UHGV virus genome: UHGV-0084588
Strand: one strand, 5' to 3'
Length of the DNA: 64,000 nucleotides
Origin: a virus
Shown: positions 19,019 through 28,275 of the stretch, piece after piece
Layout of the letters: the number at the start of each line of letters is the position of its first letter
Numbering within the stretch: position 1 is the stretch's first letter
Position numbers and translations under genes: made by a program
The notes under the pieces: generated by a model
Told to the model about the DNA's origin: nothing
The model's database searches: none
Seen by the model: the letters and a program-made list of their open reading frames with translations, nothing else

Positions 19019-19579
19019 ATGTTTGAGCACGATAGTCCAGAATTTAATGTTGCTGTAGAGCGCATTAAATCCTACATGTCGATTTTATCGAAAAACCCAA
19101 TCGACACACACGATGACGAAGTTATTCACAAAACGCTGGAAGCCGCCGCCGTTGTTTTACCGTATTTTCGTCTGATGGCTGCGGATTCTTTGCAGCAAGT
19201 ATTATATGACGAATATCCGCAGGTCGGATTTACCTTTAATACGTTTTATAACGAAAGCGTAGCCTTCCTGCTGGATGGTAAGCGACGTAATGTGACGTTA
19301 GGGCAGTGGTCGACTTTGCTGTCGTCGTATATGAACGATGTTCGTAACACGAAGAATGTTGAACAGACGGGTGCATTAGGCTCGCGTCTGTTAGCTGCTG
19401 CGTTTGGTCGCCGAGGTACTGTACGTAATATGGGCTCCGCTCACCAATCCATTGAGTGTAGCAAACGTCTTTTATCTTATGCAGACCATGAACTGCTGGC
19501 ACGCTGGATGACACGCCCGAACGGGTTGTCCGACATGATCTCGTCGTTAGCAGTGTTTTTGAAAATCGCACGTCCCTAA
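19019..19579 (+). CDS. hypothetical protein
   Basis: 186-aa ORF, GGAGAGG SD upstream. Confidence 0.65.
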   Translation: MFEHDSPEFNVAVERIKSYMSILSKNPIDTHDDEVIHKTLEAAAVVLPYFRLMAADSLQQVLYDEYPQVGFTFNTFYNESVAFLLDGKRRNVTLGQWSTLLSSYMNDVRNTKNVEQTGALGSRLLAAAFGRRGTVRNMGSAHQSIECSKRLLSYADHELLARWMTRPNGLSDMISSLAVFLKIARP

Positions 19580-19638
19580 GGGGGCCCCTCATTCTAGGGG
19601 CGTGTAATTGGGTTATATAACCAAAGGAAATAAACGAA

Positions 19639-20910
19639 ATGGCAAATTTCGCAAAAACTCGCGCCGCTCGTGAATCGATGGAAGCGGCCGATGAAGTAAT
19701 CGACGGTATCAGCAACGTTGAACCGGCAGAAGAGAACCTGGACGTCCAACTTGCGGACGTTGCATCTATCGACGGTCAGCTCGATCAGCTGGAAACCGAC
19801 GGTGAAACCCTGGCTGCCGATACCGAGCGTACTGAAGACGCTATCGAACAGGCGGAAGAAGCCGTTGCTAACGGTGAAGAAATGCCGGAAGAAGCGGTTG
19901 CCCTGCACGAAGTGGCACAGGAATCCATCGCACGTCGTTGGTGCCTGGAACGTACTAAACTGGCTCGCGAATCCTATCGTCGTGGTCGTGGTATGACTGC
20001 TGCTGCCCAGGAAGGTTGGAAAGAAACCCTGAAAGATCTTTACGATCGTTTCATTCAGTTCTGTAAAGAAGTGATTGCGAAGATCAAAGACCTGAAACTG
20101 AAATATTTCAACGTCGGTAAGACTGCACAGAAACGTGCGAAGAAATATCAGGAAATGCTGCGTAAGCTGGGCAAACAGAAGAAAGATGAGATCTCCGGTG
20201 GCTTTATCACCAAGCTGTCCATCGAAGGTAAATTCGATGCTGCTGGCTCCATCGCTATTGCGAAAGAAGTTACCGCTGGTAAAGCTAAAGGTTCCATCAG
20301 TGTTCTGGAAAAACAAGCTGGCGAAGCTGTAACTGCTGTTGCCAAAGGTGACGATGACGCATTCAAAGCGATGCGTGGCGATCAGCCGGTAGAACTGTTT
20401 GGTAAAGCTGCGTCTAAACTGCGCTCTCTGCCGAACTTTGAAAAAGGTGATGCGTCTAAACTGCTGGCTCTGCCGGGTAACGCATACGTCCAGGCTGGTA
20501 CTAAAGAACTGGCTGGCGGCCACAAGTTCACCGCAATTGCATTCATGAGCACTGGCGACGCTTCTGACGATAAAGACGTGAAAACTCCGTCTGTTTCTGA
20601 AATGGCTGGTGCTGCTTCTGCTCTGGAAGCGATCGGTAAAGGCTTCGAAGCTGTACTGAAAGATTTCCGTGCTTATGACGCCGAAATCGTGAAGCTGCAA
20701 CAGGCTGCTGAGAAAGCTGCTAACGCGCTGAACAACGAAAAAGACGAAAGCAAATGGGATGGCCTGCGTAACGCACGTCAAGCTGCTGATTGGTCTGTTA
20801 AGAACTACCAGACCCTGAACCGCGCCGTTAGCTATGTTGCTAACACCGTTATTAGCGGTCTGAACGGCTACCTGGGTGCTGGTATCGGTGCTTACGAAAA
20901 GTCTAAATAA
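19639..20910 (+). CDS. abundant phage protein, paralog A (possible high-copy head or internal protein)
   Basis: 423 aa; codon-optimised; acidic N-terminal ~95 aa ending at conserved VAQES; paralogous to next gene (shared N-terminus, KLGKQKKDEISGGFI core, C-terminus LNGYLGAGIGAYEKSK). Confidence 0.8.
   Translation: MANFAKTRAARESMEAADEVIDGISNVEPAEENLDVQLADVASIDGQLDQLETDGETLAADTERTEDAIEQAEEAVANGEEMPEEAVALHEVAQESIARRWCLERTKLARESYRRGRGMTAAAQEGWKETLKDLYDRFIQFCKEVIAKIKDLKLKYFNVGKTAQKRAKKYQEMLRKLGKQKKDEISGGFITKLSIEGKFDAAGSIAIAKEVTAGKAKGSISVLEKQAGEAVTAVAKGDDDAFKAMRGDQPVELFGKAASKLRSLPNFEKGDASKLLALPGNAYVQAGTKELAGGHKFTAIAFMSTGDASDDKDVKTPSVSEMAGAASALEAIGKGFEAVLKDFRAYDAEIVKLQQAAEKAANALNNEKDESKWDGLRNARQAADWSVKNYQTLNRAVSYVANTVISGLNGYLGAGIGAYEKSK
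20161..20195 (+). repeat. 35-bp block identical between tandem paralogs (copy in paralog A)
   Basis: cgtaagctgggcaaacagaagaaagatgagatctc also at 21557-21591. Confidence 0.8.
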
Positions 20911-20955
20911 TAATTTAGATTCGTAGTTCCGTACAGTTCTTGAAATAAATCATCA

Positions 20956-20974
20956 GGGGAACAACGCGTTCCCC
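20956..20974 (+). promoter_or_regulatory. hairpin without T-run between tandem paralogs
   Basis: ggggaac-aacgc-gttcccc, same stem family as terminators 24801 and 58445 but no U-tract; 18 nt before paralog B start. Confidence 0.4.
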
Positions 20975-20992
20975 TTAGAGGAAAAGCTTAAA

Positions 20993-22258
20993 ATGGCGAA
21001 TTTCTACAAAAACAAAATTGCTCGTGAGTCTATGGAGTCTACCGCTACTGTAGTTCCAGACGGCATCGAACTGCCAGCAGAATCCGTAGAAGGTACTCTG
21101 GCCGATATCGAGCATGACACCAAACCGATCGAAGCCCTGGACGCTGACGCTGAACTGCTGGCAGAAGACGGCGACGAAACTGACGCTCAGCTGGATGTTC
21201 TGGATGAAGCTCAGGCCGCTGCTGACGGTGAAGGTGCTGGCGAAGACGGCGAAGACCCGATGGACGCCGAAGAAGATATGCCGGACGACGCTGCGACCGC
21301 GCTGGACGTTGCTCAGGAATCTATCCGTTCTCGTTGGAACTTCGAACACCGTTCTTCTGTTGCTCACGAATCTTACGGTTCTCGTAACCGTCGCCAGGTG
21401 GCTCGTGAATCCCTGTGGGAAGACATTAAAGCCTTCCTGGGCCGTATTCTCGATTGGCTGAAAGAACAAGGCCGTAAACTGAAAGATCGCTGGCTGAAAT
21501 TCCACAACCAGGGTAAATCTATCCAGGCGCGTGCTAAGAAATACGATGAAGTTATTCGTAAGCTGGGCAAACAGAAGAAAGATGAGATCTCTGGTGGCTT
21601 CATCAAGTCTCTGTCTATCGATGGCAAGTTCGTCGGTGATAATATTCCGAAACTGAAAGGTATCCTTAACCAGGTTTCCACATTCTATAGCGCTAAGATG
21701 CCTGCCATGGCCTCTAAAGCTGCTGAAGTGGTTTCCGATGTTACCAAAGGTAACGGTGTTAAAGTTGAAAAACTGAAAGCCGACTTTACCGAACTGTCCA
21801 AACAAGACAGTCTCCAAAACTTCAAACTCGGTAACATGGCAGTGAAAACCGAGTATGACAACGAAGGCGGCTTCAGCTCCACTTTTGTTGAAGCTGAAAA
21901 TAGCGTTGAAACTAGCGTGAAAACTCCGTCTGTTGGCGAACTGGCTAAAATCAATGCTCTCTTCAACGAAGTGGGTAAACAGATCGAGAAGAACGTTCAG
22001 GATTATCGTAAAGTCGAAAGCGCGCGGAAAACTTTTGAAGATAATATCGATAAGCTCCTGAAAGAAGTCGATAAAGTTAAGATCGACGAAAAACCGGAAC
22101 TGACCGAAGGTGTACGTGCTGCCCGTCGTTTCATCACCAGCGTTAACCAGGGCCTGTCTCTGGGTGAGAAGGTTATTGCTTCTACTCAGAAACACCTGGC
22201 CGGTGGTCTGAACGGCTACCTGAGTGCTGGTATCGGCGCTTACGAAAAATCTAAATAA
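20993..22258 (+). CDS. abundant phage protein, paralog B
   Basis: 421 aa; same architecture as paralog A, 35-nt identical DNA block and near-identical last 51 nt; strong terminator follows. Confidence 0.8.
   Translation: MANFYKNKIARESMESTATVVPDGIELPAESVEGTLADIEHDTKPIEALDADAELLAEDGDETDAQLDVLDEAQAAADGEGAGEDGEDPMDAEEDMPDDAATALDVAQESIRSRWNFEHRSSVAHESYGSRNRRQVARESLWEDIKAFLGRILDWLKEQGRKLKDRWLKFHNQGKSIQARAKKYDEVIRKLGKQKKDEISGGFIKSLSIDGKFVGDNIPKLKGILNQVSTFYSAKMPAMASKAAEVVSDVTKGNGVKVEKLKADFTELSKQDSLQNFKLGNMAVKTEYDNEGGFSSTFVEAENSVETSVKTPSVGELAKINALFNEVGKQIEKNVQDYRKVESARKTFEDNIDKLLKEVDKVKIDEKPELTEGVRAARRFITSVNQGLSLGEKVIASTQKHLAGGLNGYLSAGIGAYEKSK
21557..21591 (+). repeat. 35-bp block identical between tandem paralogs (copy in paralog B)
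   Basis: Identical to 20161-20195; last 51 nt of both genes also near-identical. Confidence 0.8.
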
Positions 22259-22276
22259 TCTCTGATTGTTTAGTAA

Positions 22277-22322
22277 GAGAACCACCCTGTAATGGGGTGG
22301 TTCTCTCTTTTCTTTTTTTTTT
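22277..22322 (+). terminator. strong rho-independent terminator
   Basis: 11-bp stem gagaaccaccc/gggtggttctc followed by tcttttcttttttttttt. Confidence 0.8.
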
Positions 22323-22339
22323 CGATTAAAAACAATTTC

Positions 22340-22378
22340 AGATATATATTACCTAGGTGAGATTACACAGTAATCTCT
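22340..22378 (+). promoter_or_regulatory. phage early-promoter-like element with downstream hairpin, copy 1
   Basis: AGATATATattacctagGTGAGA; contains TATATTAC; stem gagattac/gtaatctc; 35 nt upstream of CDS 22413; follows a terminator. Confidence 0.55.
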
Positions 22379-22412
22379 TTACGACTTGTTTATTACGTTT
22401 AGGAGAAATATC

Positions 22413-23054
22413 ATGAGCCGCATTAATTTAACTGATTTCGTTGATGGTGTTGTGTCTATGGAGAAAGGCACCGTTACGATGGTGGCACCGAATAGTAAAG
22501 TTGTTATTTTAAATCCGGTAGAACTGATTTCTATTTCTACCTGGTTGCGTTTACTTTCTGATAAGAAACCTAAAGACCAAGCGAAGGGCGGGTTGTTAGT
22601 AGGTCCACGCGAGTTTGTTTTCAAAGACATAACCCAAGATAAACTGGACAGTATTGCTAAAGAACTGAACGGCAAGCATAAAACCCGCGACATCGGGAGT
22701 ACCGAACATGACGGTGTAACGTACCATGCATTTCTTGATAGTCACGTAGCATTGCGTGAAAAAGAAAATGGGGTGTACGAATCAGTTTGTTTCTTTCATT
22801 TAATCGCACCAACAGAAAACGATGCTGTGTATGGCACTGTTGAAAAATCGGCGGAAGCTGTTATGGAAACGGTGTCAGAACTTGTAGAAGGGATGAAAAG
22901 AATCCCACGTGTGTTGAAGGTTACTGATGGTGCTATCGATTGTTTTAAATTATTGCCCTTAATAGCTAGTAAAGAATACGAAGTTGAGAACACGTTTGGG
23001 CTATTCGAAATTAGTCTTTCGGAAGCAGTTGTTACTTTCTTCGAAGCTTTATAA
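22413..23054 (+). CDS. hypothetical protein (putative early gene)
   Basis: ATG 22413 with AGGAG SD; preceded by conserved promoter-like element 22340-22378; terminator after stop. Confidence 0.7.
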   Translation: MSRINLTDFVDGVVSMEKGTVTMVAPNSKVVILNPVELISISTWLRLLSDKKPKDQAKGGLLVGPREFVFKDITQDKLDSIAKELNGKHKTRDIGSTEHDGVTYHAFLDSHVALREKENGVYESVCFFHLIAPTENDAVYGTVEKSAEAVMETVSELVEGMKRIPRVLKVTDGAIDCFKLLPLIASKEYEVENTFGLFEISLSEAVVTFFEAL

Positions 23055-23058
23055 TCAG

Positions 23059-23087
23059 AAAGCCCTCCGTAGAGGGCTTTATTTTTT
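23059..23087 (+). terminator. rho-independent terminator
   Basis: Stem aaagccctc/gagggcttt then attttttc. Confidence 0.75.
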
Positions 23088-23107
23088 CGACCTTTAGGAG
23101 AATAGAA

Positions 23108-23659
23108 ATGAACAAATTTAATATCTTAGACGCTGAAGTCGTATCTGAAACCAGCCTACAGCAGGAAATTTTCCGCATTCAGTTTGGCGATAAAACCCTT
23201 ATCGTCCCACGACCGGTAATGATTGGACTGGCTATTTTTATTAACTGCGCGCATTGTAATGGTTCTCAACTTTCCACGCTCACTTACGGCAATTACGAAT
23301 TCTATATTCCAGAGCACCTGGAATATAATCGTTTCATCGCTTTACGTCCGTTCTACAAGTTTATGTTAGACGCAGGTTATTCTACACTGACGAAAACATA
23401 CATTCGTGATTATTCGAAGCTGGAAACGTTCTATCGTCGTCGTAGTTATCGTGTTCCTGAGCCTATTGACGGTTTTCAAACCCGTGTTGTATTACTTAAA
23501 CCGCTAGAAAAAGAACTGGCTTGCTATAAACTTGATATTGAGCAGAAGTTACTGCGTGAGGATTTGTTGAATTTATACAACCAACTTTCAGTTGTACCGA
23601 AAGCCACAGTAGAAAACATTCTACCTGATTACGGAATTAGACAATATCAGGAAGGTTAA
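23108..23659 (+). CDS. hypothetical protein
   Basis: 183-aa ORF with TAGGAG SD. Confidence 0.65.
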   Translation: MNKFNILDAEVVSETSLQQEIFRIQFGDKTLIVPRPVMIGLAIFINCAHCNGSQLSTLTYGNYEFYIPEHLEYNRFIALRPFYKFMLDAGYSTLTKTYIRDYSKLETFYRRRSYRVPEPIDGFQTRVVLLKPLEKELACYKLDIEQKLLREDLLNLYNQLSVVPKATVENILPDYGIRQYQEG

Positions 23660-23660
23660 A

Positions 23661-23966
23661 ATGAAACTCAAAGCCGATGCGATATGTGTTGTTAAGTTGC
23701 CGGAAAGTAATGTGGTGTACTGCGTAAAACGGCTGGACATCCGATTACTGATACCGAGACTTAATGAACCTGGTTGGAATGGGGATTTGATGATTCCACT
23801 GATCAGACCACTTCCTACGAACGATGGTAATATAACGCATTTGCACATGGAAGCCAAAGGGCGGTACATCACCGTTTACCATTTGGCCGATCAGTACAAA
23901 ACGAGTCGGTATACCCGAAGGGATTTTATACGGCATTTAAGGGGCTCACTGGAGATAGAGAAATGA
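23661..23966 (+). CDS. hypothetical protein
   Basis: 101-aa ORF, stop overlaps DHFR start (ATGA). Confidence 0.55.
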   Translation: MKLKADAICVVKLPESNVVYCVKRLDIRLLIPRLNEPGWNGDLMIPLIRPLPTNDGNITHLHMEAKGRYITVYHLADQYKTSRYTRRDFIRHLRGSLEIEK

Positions 23967-24499
23967 CAATTACAGTTTCGATGATAGCTGCTGCTGGGTT
24001 GAATAACGAAATTGGGAAAGACAATAAACTACCGTGGCGTATTCCCGACGACTTAAAGAATTTTAAGGCACTTACATCAGGTAAAGTTATCGTGATGGGA
24101 AGCAAGACATGGGAATCGTTAGGGTATAAACCCCTACCCAATCGTCACCACGTTGTGTTAACGAGAAGACCTGGTGGTGTGCCAGAAATCGATGGGGTGC
24201 TTAACCTTAAGGGTGAAATGGGTTCGATTATTGAATTCCTCAAAACCGAGGTTGAGAAAAAGGGTTATCCTAAGGAAATCTTTATTATCGGTGGCGCAGA
24301 AATTTACCATCAGGCGTTACCTTACGTGGATAAGATTTACTTGTCACGTGTGGAGGTTAAAGTTGATGGTGCAGATGCGTTCTTTCCTGAAATCGATCGT
24401 AGCAAGTTTGGACTGGTTTATAACTTAACACACGCTTCCAAACCGGATAGCGATGTTCCACGTTGGCATTATCAGATTTGGAAAAGAGATGGGCACTGA
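23963..24499 (+). CDS. folA: dihydrofolate reductase
   Basis: Motifs in canonical order: MIAAAGLNNEIG..LPW, VIVMGSKTWESL, PLPNRHHVVLTR, IIGGAEIY, LPYVDKIYLSRV; 178 aa. Confidence 0.9.
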   Translation: MTITVSMIAAAGLNNEIGKDNKLPWRIPDDLKNFKALTSGKVIVMGSKTWESLGYKPLPNRHHVVLTRRPGGVPEIDGVLNLKGEMGSIIEFLKTEVEKKGYPKEIFIIGGAEIYHQALPYVDKIYLSRVEVKVDGADAFFPEIDRSKFGLVYNLTHASKPDSDVPRWHYQIWKRDGH

Positions 24500-24785
24500 G
24501 TTTGCAACCTTAGAAAAGCTCTTTTTAGGTAGCGTTGCGAAAAGGAAAATAGCGCGCTTCTCTTGGTATCCTTCCCCTGCAAAACACGCGTTCATACGTC
24601 GTTTACATCAAGAGAAAAGTGTCAGGCTGGTCTTGATAGTGTTGTTCGAAAACAGCCGTGGGTTGTTGATTAACAACCACCGTTTTGCGGCAGAGATTTG
24701 GGCAACCACATCTGGGGGCGAGGAAGCGTCTGTTGGCTTCGCTAACGACGAGATTATCTTTGAAGGTATACCTTATCTGTTATAG
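24489..24785 (+). CDS. hypothetical protein (short, doubtful start)
   Basis: 99-aa ORF from ATG overlapping DHFR end; terminator 24801-24832 begins 16 nt after its stop. Confidence 0.45.
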   Translation: MGTEFATLEKLFLGSVAKRKIARFSWYPSPAKHAFIRRLHQEKSVRLVLIVLFENSRGLLINNHRFAAEIWATTSGGEEASVGFANDEIIFEGIPYLL

Positions 24786-24800
24786 GTAGTTTAAACGTAA

Positions 24801-24832
24801 AAGGGGACTTCGGTTCCCTTTTATTTTTTTTT
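24801..24832 (+). terminator. rho-independent terminator (repeat family B)
   Basis: ggggac-ttcg-gttccc hairpin plus ttttattttttttt. Confidence 0.75.
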
Positions 24833-24874
24833 CATTTCGCGCCTGTGATATGACTATAACGAAGGAACAAGCCA

Positions 24875-26383
24875 ATGCAACAGTATTTTGAAATTCCGTC
24901 GTTAGACGCGACCATTCGCAAACCAATAATCGATGGTGTTATACAACGTGTACTTAATGAGTCTGGTATCGATACAGCAGCGGTTGTTTTCCTCGATGAA
25001 TTCAATAGCGCCCATCAACCAGATTCCACGTTAGGTGACGGTACTGATGTAGAGTACAGTTCACCTGAAAAGGTTTACGTTGAAGTAGAAGAAGAACGCG
25101 ATGAGTGGGCAAGAATCAACCGTCAGGTTGGTCAGCAGGCTGAACCGTACTTCTTTGAGAACCATGTCGATCAGGTACGCGCCTGGCCCGTTAGAACGAT
25201 GTATAACGTAACAGTAACGTTACGACGTACCAGTGCCTCACGTGATGAGTTATTGCGCTGGACGAACCGTTTAGACTCGTTAGTGGACATGGGTCGTTAT
25301 TCGACCATGACGGAGTCAGAAGCGTTCTATTATATCCCTAAACCTGCTTTAAAATTGTTGAATGCCTGCTACGTTGCTGCGGGAACGCGAGTACCAACGT
25401 TTGGCGATTTTAAAGCCTATTTGAAAGCGTATTTTACGCCCGATGTATTTCGCGCAGCTAATGTTGCTGGCGGTCAGGAAACCATTGCGGTACGTTACGC
25501 ACCTACGCGTTTAGAAACGGTATATGATGTTCAAACACCGGCCTGGGATAAAGATGAAAACCGCTGGGAAGCAACGTTCGTTATCCGTTTCTCTTATCAG
25601 CGTCCTGAGGAGATTGTGGTTTCGTATCCGTATATCATCAATCAGACACCACTGCCTGATGAATATTGGCCGGAGATAGATCCTCCGTGGGTATCTAACG
25701 AGGAGTTAGTTTACCGCCATCCTCAGCAACGCAATCTGGATTCGACCTGGTGGATTAACGAAACTCGTCAGTATATTCGTCTCCCGTATTTGTTATCCCC
25801 CACGGAACAGTTCCATCGTACACACTCTCCGCTTAAAGATAAACTCTTACCGATTTTTGGTACAGATGTTGTTTTTGAACCGGACAACATGTTATCGCCG
25901 AAGGTGATGTCTACGGAAGATTTACCCTACGAGTGGAACGAAGCGTTGCTGCCGTATATCGAACATTGTCGTGCGATAGACCCGACAGGACAGACGGGCG
26001 TATTCCGTGTCGAGCTGTTCGAAGAGGGACAGATTATCGAACCGCGTTTCTACCATTGGGAAGGAAATACGTTTTCGCTTAAAGGTCGTGACCTGAAAGT
26101 AAATAAGGGTTATTACTTAACCGAATCGGTTATGTTTGACTGGCGTGGAATGAACCTCTGGCCATTACAGTTATATCCGCAGGCAGCGAAAGTGTTAATT
26201 GAATGGTTGTTCCCGAAATGGGACGTTCCTGATTGGTGGTGGGATAAGCCGGTGTTACCGCCGAGTGTTATCGATGACATTAATAAACTGATTCCGAACG
26301 TAGAAGCCCGTGTGTTACTGACGATGCTGAACTCGACCATTATTACCATGCGAGGAACAGAGAATGCTCAAAGCGAAGCGTGA
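24875..26383 (+). CDS. hypothetical protein (502 aa)
   Basis: Long ORF after terminator; no motif recognised. Confidence 0.7.
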   Translation: MQQYFEIPSLDATIRKPIIDGVIQRVLNESGIDTAAVVFLDEFNSAHQPDSTLGDGTDVEYSSPEKVYVEVEEERDEWARINRQVGQQAEPYFFENHVDQVRAWPVRTMYNVTVTLRRTSASRDELLRWTNRLDSLVDMGRYSTMTESEAFYYIPKPALKLLNACYVAAGTRVPTFGDFKAYLKAYFTPDVFRAANVAGGQETIAVRYAPTRLETVYDVQTPAWDKDENRWEATFVIRFSYQRPEEIVVSYPYIINQTPLPDEYWPEIDPPWVSNEELVYRHPQQRNLDSTWWINETRQYIRLPYLLSPTEQFHRTHSPLKDKLLPIFGTDVVFEPDNMLSPKVMSTEDLPYEWNEALLPYIEHCRAIDPTGQTGVFRVELFEEGQIIEPRFYHWEGNTFSLKGRDLKVNKGYYLTESVMFDWRGMNLWPLQLYPQAAKVLIEWLFPKWDVPDWWWDKPVLPPSVIDDINKLIPNVEARVLLTMLNSTIITMRGTENAQSEA

Positions 26384-27734
26384 TAAACCGTCTTCTTTCG
26401 AACCGGTGGAACGCCCGATACCTGAGTTGAATAAACCGCAAGACGGCGTGAAGGAAACCACGAACGTGGTGACACAGCCGACCCGTACAACGGTGACGGA
26501 TTTAGAGCGTATACCGAAGCAGTACCTGATGAAATACCTGGAAGGGTCTTCCTGGACTGTTGATTTCTTTAACTTCTTGAAAGGACGTAACGACGCGAAG
26601 AAATTCTTCGATTCGAAGGTGCTTACGCCTGACCAACAAGTAGAGAAAATCATCGGGTTAGAATTGCGTGTCACTACACCGTTAGATCGTTCTCAGGACA
26701 CAACAAACAAAACGTTCACCATGTCCGGTGCCGCAACAATGGCGAACTCGGTGATTCCCAATGAAGGGTGTTTTTTCGTTGCCCCGATTGGAGACGGACG
26801 GTTTGCGTTGTTCAACGTCACTAACGTCGTGCGGATGTCCAATAACAAAATTGCAACGTATAACATCGAGTATACATTGCTGTTTGAAGTTGATCCGGGC
26901 GTTGCAGAAACCATTCGTCGCTGTACGGTTCGTGAGTATTATTACGTTTCTGAACGTGCCTGGACGGGCGGTGATACGTTACTGACACCGAAAGAATACC
27001 GTGCGTTTTTGAAAGTTGTTGATGCTATTGCGGATATTGAACAGACTTACGTAAAACGGTTTTACGATGGGGAAACGGCAACGTTGCTTTTCCCCCACGA
27101 TCGTCACAGCGATGGGTTGCGTAGTCGCGCGTATTACGATGTGTTCTTGGCACAGTTTGTACGCTCTGTAGGCTTACGGACCGTCGGTAAAGATATTCAA
27201 ATCTACCCGCACCCACCAATGCGTGTGGAAGATATTGAAACGGTCTGGACAGCATTGTTAAATCAATCGCCAACGTTCTTAGCGGATTACAAACGTGATT
27301 CCAGTGTCTGGCAGGTAAAAACCTTCCGCACGATGCAGCATCGGAATTCTGTGACCTGGTCATTAATTTCGGATACCCGATTCTTTACCGATGAATTAAA
27401 ACCGGGTTATGGGATGGCACAACGTTTTCCTGGACAGTGGCCGAAGTGGACGGAGTTTGAACCGGTTGAAGTGGAGAACTATCGGGGTAACGAAGGCGAA
27501 TCGATCCCTGCGTTTTTACCGCTGACCTACAAGCCGTATTTGTTAAGCCCAACGTTTTACGAGGGCTCGTACAGTTCGTTATTAGAATACGGTTTATATC
27601 TCTATCTGAATAAGCGACCACTGTCGACGGTAATTGCGTTGCGGTTGTTTGAAGAAGTTTACCGTTTGCCGAAGGATGCGCAATTCTATTACATCCCGAT
27701 GGTGTATTTGTTGTTACGGTATGCGAGGGATTAA
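26364..27734 (+). CDS. hypothetical protein (456 aa)
   Basis: Long ORF overlapping upstream end by 20 nt. Confidence 0.7.
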   Translation: MLKAKRDKPSSFEPVERPIPELNKPQDGVKETTNVVTQPTRTTVTDLERIPKQYLMKYLEGSSWTVDFFNFLKGRNDAKKFFDSKVLTPDQQVEKIIGLELRVTTPLDRSQDTTNKTFTMSGAATMANSVIPNEGCFFVAPIGDGRFALFNVTNVVRMSNNKIATYNIEYTLLFEVDPGVAETIRRCTVREYYYVSERAWTGGDTLLTPKEYRAFLKVVDAIADIEQTYVKRFYDGETATLLFPHDRHSDGLRSRAYYDVFLAQFVRSVGLRTVGKDIQIYPHPPMRVEDIETVWTALLNQSPTFLADYKRDSSVWQVKTFRTMQHRNSVTWSLISDTRFFTDELKPGYGMAQRFPGQWPKWTEFEPVEVENYRGNEGESIPAFLPLTYKPYLLSPTFYEGSYSSLLEYGLYLYLNKRPLSTVIALRLFEEVYRLPKDAQFYYIPMVYLLLRYARD

Positions 27735-27735
27735 C

Positions 27736-28275
27736 GTGGCTGAAAAACGTAGCGCAGCATTTATGCTGTTTCACAAGTGGGTAGGATGGCGTGTTCCTGA
27801 ATGGACGACGATTTCAACGTATATGTCTCAGGAACATGGGTTGTTCTTACCGGAAGACGAGAAAAAAGCACGCGCGATACTGCTAAATAAAAAGACCGTA
27901 TACATGCGACCTTTCGAAGTTGCGGTTTATGCAGAAACGGGTGCGGCATTAGACGTCCACGACCCACATGACGGGATTATCGTGTACGGGTATATCATGG
28001 AGCACTTAGCCGATTGGCTAAACTACATGCAGACCCCACACTTAACAACACGTAAAGTCCCTATGGAGGGCTTACGTCAGTTTAATGCGTTAGCGCGTAA
28101 ACTGTTCCCGGTAGCGAACCGTTACGGTTACTTTAAGAAACCTGAAGTAACCATGGTGGTTTCCGTACAAGCGTTATTTGGCGAAGTCCGATTGGAAACA
28201 GAACGGCATCAGTTCAACGATACGATTATGCACCGTATTGAACAGATATACCGTAGACGTGGAGGAATTCTGTAA
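27736..28275 (+). CDS. hypothetical protein
   Basis: GTG 27736 with GAGGGA SD 5 nt upstream (alternative ATG 27763); track ORF extends further upstream without SD. Confidence 0.55.
   Translation: MAEKRSAAFMLFHKWVGWRVPEWTTISTYMSQEHGLFLPEDEKKARAILLNKKTVYMRPFEVAVYAETGAALDVHDPHDGIIVYGYIMEHLADWLNYMQTPHLTTRKVPMEGLRQFNALARKLFPVANRYGYFKKPEVTMVVSVQALFGEVRLETERHQFNDTIMHRIEQIYRRRGGIL

Noticed and set aside
19584-19601. Hairpin gcccct-cattct-aggggc after gene 19019-19579 as a terminator
   Set aside because: No downstream T-run and it overlaps the upstream region of the highly expressed paralog A; more likely an incidental or processing hairpin.
19594-22285. 395-aa and 436-aa minus-strand ORFs opposite the tandem paralogs
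   Set aside because: Antisense shadow ORFs of codon-optimised genes; implausible low-complexity F/S/T-rich translations.
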